Shown here one piece after another: positions 1-9,128 of a stretch of DNA of 24,892 nt (positions are counted from its first letter, which is position 1; each line of letters begins with the position of its first letter). A program made the position numbers and the translations under genes. Below the pieces are notes generated by a model that was given only the letters and a program-made list of their open reading frames with translations, made no database searches and was not told the DNA's origin. The DNA comes from Octopus sinensis. Its lineage: Eukaryota. The stretch lies in NCBI RefSeq assembly GCF_006345805.1, contig NW_021836282.1, forward strand, positions 1 through 24,892. Reading direction: 5' to 3'.

Positions 1-14
1 CAAAAATCTATGGA

Positions 15-359
15 AAGAGACGGGAGAGGGGGTGGGGTAGGAAAGAAGGGTAGGGAGAGAGGAAGACAAGAGAGAGGGGGAGGGAGAGAGGGAGGGAGAG
101 AGAGAGAGAGTGAGAGAATGTCCAGCAGGCTTTTAAGAAGAACATCAATATGAGAAATGTCAAAGAATGTATATTATGGTATTGTGAATGCATGTGTATA
201 TATATATATATGTGTGTGTGTGTGTGCGTACATATTTTTATCATATATATATATGTATGTATGTGTGTGCGTATATATGTATATAGATATATGTACACTC
301 ACACACATGTCTCTCTCTCTATATATATATATGTGTGTGTGTGTGTATCTCTCTCTCTC

Positions 360-403
<44 letters not shown>

Positions 404-770
404 CTATAACTACATATATATATATATATATCTATAACTATATAAATGTGTCTATATATATTATCTATATATATATATATTATAATATCTGGAAAAAAAA
501 AAAAAAAATCAAGATATAGCTATATATATATGTACAGAATATAGTAGTGTTAATACTGCCTTTTATATACATCTGTGTGTATATATAAATTATATAGAAT
601 CATTAATATGGCTGCATCTTTCGGTATATATCCATATATATATAGATAGATATATATCTGTGTGCTTGTTGATGCTAATGCGTATACTGTATATGTTATA
701 CAATAACTCTGTCAGATCCTTGTATACTTGTGTGCATGCATGTGTGTATATATGTGTGTATATATCCACT
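15..770. repeat. Compound microsatellite block: GA-rich, (TG)n, (TA)n
   Basis: Directly visible purine tract 15-117 followed by TA/TG/CT dinucleotide runs. Confidence 0.95.
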
Positions 771-854
771 CACATACATTTACTCAGTGCATTCCATTTG
801 GTTTTGGTTGTTTTCATTCTCCACTCTGCTCTTCCTCACAGATTAGTCCCTATA

Positions 855-1072
855 TAGGGGATCTGATCAATAAATATCCGGACTGTTGCCATAGTACAGA
901 TTGACCTTTGTCTCTGTTGGGCATGCATCCTAAATATTAGCATTCTAGTTCACTTCGGCTGTTTCCAGCAGTGCTTGGAAGGAAGGTGTGTAGCGTGTGA
1001 TCATCGCATTGAACTGGATAGAAAAAGTTGAGCAGAGAATCTGCATCAAATTTTGCCAAAAGCCTTGTGATA
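855..1072 (+). mobile_element. Mariner (Tc1/mariner) 5' end: TIR-like sequence and transposase N-terminus
   Basis: TAGGGGATCTGATCAATAAATATCCGGACTG after a TA run resembles mariner TIRs; 1021-1072 translates EKVEQRICIKFCQKPCD, the EQRxCIKFC start of mariner transposases. Confidence 0.8.
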
Positions 1073-1221
1073 GCTGCCAGACGAGATGGTGAAGATGCCG
1101 ACGACCGCTTTGTTCAAAGCCTCCCTTGACCTCAAGTGGCCTGAACTCTTTACATGAACACCACCCTGTACTTAACTCCATGTCCCCCTACATGGCCTTG
1201 CTATTTGCTTTTGAGCCAAAT

Positions 1222-1253
<32 letters not shown>
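1073..1253 (+). mobile_element. 5'-truncated non-LTR retrotransposon 3' end (CR1/L2/Jockey group) with (TAAC)8 tail
   Basis: 1074-1157 translates LPDEMVKMPTTALFKASLDLKWPELFT*, matching the ORF2 C-terminal LPxxVVxxxSxxxFKxxLD pattern; short 3'UTR then (TAAC)8 at 1222-1253; removing it restores the mariner frame. Confidence 0.75.
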
Positions 1254-1277
1254 CTGCTCAGAGGCCTACACAAAGTT

Positions 1278-1683
1278 TTCAAAAAGTTTTCATTGTTCTT
1301 TACAAAATTAGGGAGATTTTGTGCCACTGAAACCCGAATGTGTTTTTGGTCAGTTGAAAGCAGTTTTGGAACAAACTTGGCAGACTCGCATCTCTTACCC
1401 AAATCTTCTGTGATAATGGACTGAACTGAACCGTAACTAATCTGCACGTCCTCTGATAACTCACGGATGGGGATTCGATGATTTCCCCTCACAACTGCAC
1501 ACACATCTGCGATGTTCCTCTCAGTTCTGCTGGGTTCAGGTCTCCCAGAACATTTGTCAATATCGACATTTTTGCGGTCATCTTGGAAACGTCTGAACCA
1601 TTTATACACTTGTGTGCAGCTCATACACTCCTCTCCATACACTTTCTGCAACTCTGTGTAGGCCTCTGAGCAGGCATCGTCAC
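1278..1683 (-). pseudogene. Mariner transposase fragment (HTH domains to FVPKLL linker), inverted relative to its N-terminus
   Basis: ORF 1241..1708(-): LQKVYGEECMSCTQVYKWFRRFQD...SGRP...IRELSEDVQISYGSVQSIITEDLGKRCESAKFVPKLLSTDQK; stops before the first catalytic Asp (ITGDE). Confidence 0.92.
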
Positions 1684-1918
1684 ACATCTGTGTCCTCTCC
1701 AGCAACACTTAGAAGAACAGAATGGAATATGAAGAGCAAGAGAATAAACGAAAAGTGTCGCTGAAGAGGTCACAGGTGTGTGACGAAAGATTTCCAGAGA
1801 ATTGACGTGAGTTGAACCAAAAAAAAAAGTAAGAACAGTAATAAACAAGTGAAGAAAAAATATATAGTGGGTATGTTTATTTGGCAAAAAAAAAAAATTA
1901 CCATTCCAAAATACAACA

Positions 1919-2230
1919 ATCATCATCATCATCATCATCATTTAACGTCCGTTTTCCACACTAGCATGGGTTGGACGGTTCAACCGGGGTCTGGGAAGCC
2001 AGGAGGCTGCACCAGGCTCCAGTCTGATCTGGCAATGTTTCTACAGCTGTTTCTAACGCCAACCACTCTGTGAGTGTAGTGGGTGCTTTTTATGTGCCAC
2101 CGACACAGGCACCAGACGAGGCTGGCGAACGGCCACGATCGGATGGTGTTTGTTATGTGCCCACAGCACGGAGGCCAGTCGATGCGGTACTGGCTATGGC
2201 CACGTTTGGATTGCGGTACTGGCTACAGCC
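1919..2230 (-). mobile_element. Family C SINE-like element, partial, with (TGA)n tail
   Basis: Reverse-complement homolog of 9230-9772 (TTTAACGTCCGTTTTCCA..., CTAACGCCAACCACT, GTGCTTTTTATGTGCCACCG); (CAT)n at 1919-1941. Confidence 0.85.
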
Positions 2231-2250
2231 CACATATATATATATATATA

Positions 2251-2357
2251 TTGCTTCGGCAATACTTATACTAAAATTGGAACGATACACAGAGAAGATT
2301 AGCATGGCCCTTGCGCAAGGATGACACGCAAATTCGTGGAGCGTTCCATATTTTTTT
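2251..2357 (+). pseudogene. U6: U6 spliceosomal snRNA retrocopy (about 4 nt missing at the 5' end, several changes)
   Basis: TTGCTTCGGCAATACTTATACTAAAATTGGAACGATACACAGAGAAGATTAGCATGGCCCTTGCGCAAGGATGACACGCAAATTCGTGGAGCGTTCCATATTTTTTT matches metazoan U6; extra AC before the ACAGAGA box; flanked by (TA)n and repeats rather than a recognisable U6 promoter. Confidence 0.95.
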
Positions 2358-2418
2358 AAAGGTGGTGCTCCAGCATGGCCGCAGTCAACTGACTGAAACA
2401 AGTAAAAGAGTAAAAGGG
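2358..2418 (+). mobile_element. Family A SINE terminal 3' tail fused to U6
   Basis: AAAGGTGGTGCTCCAGCATGGCCGCAGTCAACTGACTGAAACAAGTAAAAGAGTAAAAG is nearly identical to 3901-3960. Confidence 0.93.
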
Positions 2419-2439
2419 TATATATATATATATGTATGT

Positions 2440-2680
2440 GTATGTATTTGTGTGTGTGTCTTTGTGTCTGTGTTAGTCCCACACCCCACCATCACTTGAT
2501 AACTGAGTTGATGTGTTTATGTCCCTGGAACTTAACTTAGTGGTTCAGCAAATGAAACTGATAAAATAAGTGCTAGGTTTACAAAGAATATGTCCTAGGG
2601 TCAATTTCTTTGGCTAAAACCCCTTTAAGGTGGTGCTCCAGCATGGTCGCAGTGAAACTGAATGAAACACAGAAAAGACT
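2440..2680 (+). mobile_element. Family A SINE, diverged 3' half
   Basis: Homologous to 3750-3950 with many substitutions. Confidence 0.85.
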
Positions 2681-2692
2681 AGAAAACATATA

Positions 2693-2848
2693 GACAACAG
2701 GCTTCTTTCAGTTTCCATCTTTGAAATCCACTCACAAGGTTTTGGTTGGCCCAGGGCTATAGCAGAAGACACTTGCCCAAGGTGCCACGCAGTGGGACTG
2801 AACCCAGAGCCACCTGATTGGGAAGCAAGCTTCTTACCACACAGCCAC
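2693..2848 (-). mobile_element. Family A SINE head (tRNA-like + CORE-like)
   Basis: GGCTTCTTTCAGTTTCC...GACACTTGCCCAAGGTGCCACGCAGTGGGACTGAACCC...TTACCACACAGCCAC. Confidence 0.88.
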
Positions 2849-2989
2849 ATATACATACATACATATATATATATATGTATAGGTCCCAGTGTGGTGGTAG
2901 TGAGGAGGGGAGACTTCAATGGTGACCTCCACTCCAGACTTAGACATTCTAATTAAATAAACGACATAAGAAAGGGACATGTTTCTATA

Positions 2990-3021
<32 letters not shown>

Positions 3022-3375
3022 CATATATATACACATATATATACACACACGCACCTGTTGTCCATGTGACAAGAGCATGTCAACGTTATTAAAACTGTAT
3101 GGAAATCTATAATCCTACCTCACTTGCTCTCCCTCTCTCTTCGTCCGTCTCTCCTTCTTCTCCTCCTCTCTGTCTGTATTGTGTTCCTGTAGAGATTGGC
3201 GAATGGTGTTGTCTAAGTGATTCTAATAATCCAGAGGATGGAGACAGCAGCATTCAGAACTCAGAGCTTAATATTAAAAGGTCATTCAACAACAACAACA
3301 ACAAGAATAAGGGTGAAGGTGAAGAATAGAAAAGAAAAAATAATAATAATAATGATGATGATGATGATGATGATA

Positions 3376-3960
3376 GGTATAGGAGTGGCTGTGTGGTAAG
3401 TAGCTTGCTAACCAACCACATGGTTCCGGGTTCAGTCCCACTGCGTGGCATCTTGGGCAAGTGTTTTCTGCTATAGCCCCGGGCCGACCAATGCCTTGTG
3501 AGTGGATTTGGTAGACGGAAACTGAAACAAGCCCGTCGTGTATATGTATATAGGCGCAGGAGTGGTTGTGTGGTAAGTAGCTTGTCTACCAACCGCATGG
3601 TTCCGGGTTCAGTCCGACTGCGTGGCACCTTGGGCAAGTGTCTTCTGTTATAGCCCCGGGTCGACCAATGCCTTTGAGTGGATTTGGTAGACGGAAACTG
3701 AAAGAAGCCCATCATATATATGTATATATATATATGTATGTGTGTGTATGTTTGTGTGTCTGTGTTTGTCCCCTAGCATTGCTTGACAACTGATGCTGGT
3801 GTGTTTATGTCCCCGTTACTTAGCGGTTCGGCAAAAGAGACCGATAGAATAAGTACTGGGCTTACAAAAGAATAAGTCCCGGGGTCGAGTTGCTCGACTA
3901 AAGGCGGTGCTCCAGCATGGCCGCAGTCAAATGACTGAAACAAGTAAAAGAGTAAAAGAG
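3376..3960 (+). mobile_element. Family A tRNA-derived SINE with duplicated head (head 3376-3540, full copy 3553-3960)
   Basis: Pol III A-box-like TGGCTGTGTGGTAAG and B-box-like GGTTCAGTCC; CORE-like ACCTTGGGCAAGTG; internal (TA)n/(TG)n; ends in (GTAAAAGA)2. Confidence 0.92.
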
Positions 3961-4243
3961 CATATTTGGTAATAAAACCGATCTGGAACAAGGAGCCTCA
4001 TGATGAAGCTCCTTGTTTTTGAATATGCATGCCTGTGGTTAAATACAAATAAAATACCATTAATGTGATGGATACTTCTATCCCTTAGGCGATTATTTCA
4101 ACCTCCAAAGCTATCCTTTCATATACAAAGTATAAAAATAATAAAAAATATATATATATATACAGTACAACACTGTTTCTACTTCATGGGGTTTCACCTA
4201 TCGTGAGGGGTTTTGGAACGTAACACCCACAATGGTCAAGGGA

Positions 4244-4647
4244 TTACTCTTTTACTTGTTTCAGTCATTTGACTGTAGCCATGCTGGGGCACCATCTTTA
4301 GTCGAGCACATCGACCCCGGGACTTATTCTTTGTAAGCCTAGTACTTATTCTATCGGTCTCTTTTGCTGAACCACTAAGTAACGGGGACGTAAACACACC
4401 ACCATCGGTTGTCAAGCAATGGTAGGGGGACAAACACAAACACATACATATTATATATATATATAAGGCGGGCTTCTTTTAGTTTCTGTCTACCAAATCC
4501 ACTCACAAGGTTTTGGTTGGCCCGAGGCAATAGTAGAAGACACTTGCCTAAGGTGCCATGCAGTGGGAATGAACCTGGAGCCATGAGGTTGGTAAGCAAG
4601 CTACTTGCCACACAGCCACTCCTACGCCTGTTAAATATAAATCTATA

Positions 4648-4683
<36 letters not shown>

Positions 4684-4857
4684 CATACATATATACGACA
4701 GGCTTCTTTCAGTTTCCATCTACCAAATCCACTCACATGGCTTTGGTTGGCCCGAGGCTATAGTAGAAGGCAATTGCCCCGGGTGCCACGCAGTGCTAAT
4801 GAACCCGGAGCCATGAGGTTGGTAAGCTGCTACTTACCACACAGCCCCTCCTACGCC
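4244..4857 (-). mobile_element. Family A SINE with duplicated head (full copy 4244-4628, extra head 4693-4857)
   Basis: Reverse-complement homolog of 3376-3960. Confidence 0.92.
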
Positions 4858-4869
4858 TGTATAATTTAC

Positions 4870-4960
4870 CAGCAAAGTCAACCTCGCTCAGAATTCGATC
4901 TTGAATTTAAAGAAGCAGAGGAAATGTCCTGCGTTGCGTAACCCTTCTTCCTGCTCGCCA
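4870..4960 (-). mobile_element. Degenerate family D SINE head remnant
   Basis: GCAAAGTCAACCTCGCTCAGAATTCGATCT resembles the reverse complement of 9865-9897. Confidence 0.4.
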
Positions 4961-5294
4961 GAACGTAAGAGAATAGCGAAGCGTCAGGATTTAGAATCTG
5001 AAACTTCAAAGAGTCTGTGAGTGAGGTAGGGTTACTGTTTATTATCCCCAGTTGTAAGAGACGTTTGAGGAACAGTTGCGAGGAGATGGGATGGTTGGAT
5101 GAAGATGTCGGTTGCTGAGAGTGGAATTTCCTGATTCTGAAGAACCGTCTGTTTGTTCAACACAGCAGGAATCACAGAAGAGGGGGGGGAAAAAGGGGTT
5201 TTTTTTTGATACCTTAAAGGTTGTTGGGAACGTAACTGGATATCCAGAAGCAATTCAATATTGGTAGAACCACAGCAGCGAGAGAATGGAGAGC

Positions 5295-5715
5295 GATGGA
5301 GATGATGATGATGAGGAGGAGGAGGATTTTGATGATGATAGTAATAATAAGGATGATGATGGTGGTGGTGATAGTGATTGTGGTGGTGGTGATGGTGGTG
5401 GTGGTGGTGATGGCAGTAGTGGGGGTGGTTGTGATAGTGGTGGTGGTGATGGCGGTGGTGGTGGTGGTGGTGATGATGATGGTGGTTGTAGTGATGATGG
5501 TGGTGGTGGTGATTGTGATGGTTGTGGTTGTGATGGCGGTAGTGGTGGTGGTGACAATGGTGGTTGTGATGGTGGTGGTGATGGTGGTGGTGGTGATGGC
5601 GGTGATGGTGGTGGTTATAGTGGTAGTGGTGGTGGTGGTGGTTGTGATGGTGGTGGTGATGGTGGTGGTAGTGATGATGGTGGTAGTGGTGATGGTGGTA
5701 GTGGTGATGGTGGTA
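5295..5715. repeat. Degenerate (GGT)n/(GAT)n trinucleotide microsatellite
   Basis: Visible; source of the spurious poly-T/G/V/P ORFs. Confidence 0.95.
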
Positions 5716-5949
5716 TTGACAATGCCAACGACGGTGCTGAAATGAATCCTAATATAGGCTTTTAAGGCCTGATAATCAGGAGAAAGAAAGACTTGCTTAA
5801 TCATATGAGGCCCAGTATATGACTGGTATAATAGGCCGATGGAGGAGTGTGGAGGTGGAGGGGCTGGGCGTGGGGTGTCTTACAATTTGTTGATTAAAAC
5901 CTTCAGAACAGAATGTAATCTATCCATACATACATCTTATCATTAGGCC

Positions 5950-6155
5950 GGGGCCATGCTGCAGCACTGACTTGGACATTTTTGTTTTTTTAGTTCAATG
6001 AATTGACCCCCAAGTCCTGATTTCTTTTACTAAGCCTGGTACTAATCCTAGCAGTCTCTCTTGCCAAAGTGCTACTTTATTGGGATGTAAACACACCAAC
6101 ACCAGTTATCAAGCAATGGTGGAGGACAAATACAGACACACACATGTAGATATAT

Positions 6156-6208
<53 letters not shown>

Positions 6209-6367
6209 CACAAGACAGGCTTCTTTCAGTTCCGTCTACCAAATCCACTCACAAGGCTTTGATCGGCCCAAGGTGCCATGCAGTGGGACTGAACCCAGAA
6301 CCTTGTGGTTGGTAAGCAAGCTTCTTACCACAGTCATGCTATATATACACACACACATATATATATA

Positions 6368-6418
<51 letters not shown>

Positions 6419-6492
6419 TATATATATACACACCAGTGGGACTGAACCCAGAACCTTGTGGTTGGTAAGCAAGCTTCTTACCACAGTCATGC
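5950..6492 (-). mobile_element. Diverged family A SINE with internal deletion and local duplication of the tRNA head (6281-6339 repeated at 6434-6492)
   Basis: 3' half at 5950-6145; head from 6215 lacks the GGCTATAGTAGAAGACACTTGCCC segment; exact 59-bp repeat. Confidence 0.85.
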
Positions 6493-6574
6493 CTATATAT
6501 ACACACACATATATATATATATATGTGTGTATATATATATATGGTGTATATATATATATATACACACACATATA

Positions 6575-6608
<34 letters not shown>

Positions 6609-6645
6609 AATATGTGTATATATATATATATGTATATATGTGTGC

Positions 6646-6679
<34 letters not shown>

Positions 6680-7110
6680 GCATACATATACAGAGAGAGG
6701 TGTACGGTTCTTTGCTGTTATTGTTGTTGTTGTTGTTGTCTTCACCCTTATCGCTATCCTCATCAGCATCACTAACATCAGCCCATCATCATCACCACCA
6801 TTATCACTATCATTGTTATCACCACTATCAACATCCCCCCTCTCCTTTGTCATCATCACTGCCCCCTCCCTGTCGTCGGCATCATCATCGACACACACAC
6901 ACCTCCCCTCTCCCCACCCCTTCCTTACCTAATAACTCCCCCCCACCATATAAACCGCTCCCCCCCTCCCGACACCTTCACATCCAACAACAAACAGAAT
7001 GATATTCAATTCCACTTCCATTGCTGTCATCATCATCGTCATCAACATCATCGTCATCATCATCATCATCATCATCAACATCATCGTCATCATCGTCGTG
7101 ATCATCATGA
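6493..7110. repeat. (TA)n, (GTT)n and (CAT)n microsatellites
   Basis: Visible. Confidence 0.9.
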
Positions 7111-7484
7111 GCATCATTGATCACGCTGGGGTGGATCAGGTTATATTGTAATGCCACCCTGTATAAAAGCAATGGAGCGTGGCCAGCTATGTTGCACCCG
7201 AAACCAGTCGTCTGGAACAGAGGGTGTTCACTGAACAAACATTCGGAGAACGAGAGAGAGAGAGAGGAGAGAGAGAGAGAGTGTCAGGGTGGAGGAGAGA
7301 TATGGAGAGATGTCGTGGTGGTGAAGGGGAGGAGTAGGATCGATAGGGAGGGGGGAGGAGGAGAGAGGTAGAGAGTGAGCATGAGAGATACAGAGAGACA
7401 AGTAAAAAGAAAGGGAGAGAGAATGGGATGGGTGGATAGATTGGTATAGATAGATGGATGAAGAGGAACAGGTACAGATGCATA

Positions 7485-7667
7485 TCATCTATCTGTCAAT
7501 CTATCTATTTTTCTATCTGTTTGTCTGTCTCTCTGTCCATCCATCCATACACCTACCTACCTGCCTATCTATCTATCTATCTACCTGCCTATCTATCTAT
7601 CTATCTATCTATCTACCTACCTGCCTATCTATCTATCTGCCTGCCTATCTATCTGTCTATCTGTCTA

Positions 7668-7698
<31 letters not shown>

Positions 7699-7703
7699 GC
7701 TGC

Positions 7704-7770
<67 letters not shown>

Positions 7771-7779
7771 CCTCTCTAC

Positions 7780-7818
<39 letters not shown>

Positions 7819-7845
7819 CCTGTCTATCTATCTGTCTGTCTGTGT
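7485..7845. repeat. (CTAT)n/(CTGT)n tetranucleotide microsatellite
   Basis: Visible. Confidence 0.95.
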
Positions 7846-7990
7846 GTCTTCTAGGATCTCGGGCATCCTCTATCCGATTGCGCTCAAATTTGATATGTAG
7901 ATACCGACGATATCAGGGCGTGTATAAGTCTTGAAAAAATTACAAAAATCGATTCCAGGTGAGAATGCGATCGATAAAGCTCTGGGAACG
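7830..7990 (+). mobile_element. Possible Helentron-associated (DINE-1/HINE-like) element core after the microsatellite
   Basis: (GTCT)n followed by ...GATCTCGG...TCCGATTGCGCTCAAATTTG resembles the microsatellite + CCGATTnnnnTnAAATTTG layout of such elements; termini not found. Confidence 0.35.
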
Positions 7991-8252
7991 TGCATTTGTA
8001 CATGCACGTACATCAACTGTTATATGAAATCAGTTCTGTCTGTCAGAAATTATTTTGCCTTAATTTCGTTTCTTTCCAGCCAATCTTACTGTTTAAACCA
8101 TGTTTGTGTTATCCCAGTCAACAGCCTTATCATTACTGGTACTTTAAACTCTTCGGTTGCATATTTGTGTGAATAAAATCGTTTTTCTTTGGAATAGAAA
8201 AAAAGTCTATCTTTATTTCTTCTTTTGCTGGTGTCTCAAATTTAGGTTAAAT

Positions 8253-8314
8253 CAGTGTTTCTCAAAGGGGGGAGGCTTATGGGACGGTCGGACAAGTTGT
8301 TTTGAGAAAATTTG
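8253..8314. mobile_element. 62-bp hAT (Charlie-like) mini-MITE
   Basis: TIR CAGTGTTTCTCAAA vs TTTGAGAAAATTTG (11/14); 8-bp flanks GGTTAAAT / GTTTAAAT (7/8). Confidence 0.6.
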
Positions 8315-8365
8315 GTTTAAATGTTTGACAACTCAGCACCGTCCATTGGACGGAGGGGGGGTGCT

Positions 8366-8400
<35 letters not shown>

Positions 8401-8405
<5 letters not shown>

Positions 8406-8695
8406 CGTGACCGACCAGGCTATCAGATGGTGTTTGTTACACATCGCTGGTCACAATGCGCTTCGCATTGTTTTAGCCTTCAAATGACGCCACCCCGCTG
8501 GCTAAGCGAGCAGGCCAACAGAAGAAAGAGTGGTGAAAGAGTACAGCAGGGATCGCCACCAGCCCCTGCTGGAGCCCCGTTGAGCTTTAGGTGTTTTCGC
8601 TCAACAAACACTCACAACGCCCGGTCTGGGAATCGAAACCGCGATCCTACGACCGCAAGTCTGCTGCCCTAACCACTGGGCCATTGCACCTCCAC
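8401..8695 (-). mobile_element. Family B tRNA-derived SINE with RTE-type 3' tail
   Basis: Minus-strand head GTGGAGGTGCAATGGCCCAGTGGTTAGGGCAGC...GGTTTCGATTCCC (A/B boxes); tail resembles the LINE end at 22385-22442; lies within (TA)n. Confidence 0.9.
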
Positions 8696-9128
8696 ATATA
8701 TATACATATATATACATATATATATGTACAATATATATATATAGATATATCTCCAAATTTAGAGAACAGAGTAAGTAAAGTCCAGGCTGCATATGTTTCA
8801 CAGCTAGCAGAACCTCGTAAGTAATAATTACCTTAATTAGGGGTAATCCACTAGCTACTCATCAGGCTGAAGATAACTTAGTCAAATGAACCCATGATGT
8901 CAAAGGATCCCATATTAATTCACAGATTGGATCATAATATATATATATATATATTATTTGAAGTGTAAAATATGTCTGTTATGACCAATCTCACTAATCA
9001 GTCTCACACTGGGTGTTCAACGGAGTGTTAGGTAACAGTCTGATTACATAACCCTGCACTCTTCAGAGGTAGCTGTTATGGAATAAAATATGTTGCCAAA
9101 TTATTATTATTATTGTTCAAAATCAAAA

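Noticed and set aside
1222-1253. Telomeric repeat
   Set aside because: The unit is TAAC, not TTAGGG/CCCTAA, and it is positioned as a LINE tail.
2251-2357. Functional U6 gene
   Set aside because: 5' truncation, insertion next to the ACAGAGA box, other substitutions, repeat-derived upstream sequence and a fused retroposon tail indicate a retrocopy.
3193-3280. Possible + strand exon (IGEWCCLSDSNNPEDGDSSIQNSELNIK) after a pyrimidine tract
   Set aside because: Weak donor (AG|GTCATT), tract explained by CT-rich low complexity, no recognised homolog or partner exon.
4160-4185. Minus-strand GAAACAGTGTTGTA resembling the 3' half of a hammerhead
   Set aside because: No CUGAnGA or stem I partner upstream.
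8620-8695. tRNA genes at SINE heads (also about 12090-12162, 19196-19265, 21541-21610, 21939-22010)
   Set aside because: A/B boxes are present but there is no proper acceptor stem or terminator, and each continues into a SINE body.
9001-9070. Minus-strand CTGAAGA, hairpin, GAACAC-CCA-GTGTG as a hammerhead
   Set aside because: GAAA incomplete and displaced from stem II, G at the cleavage position, poor stem I.
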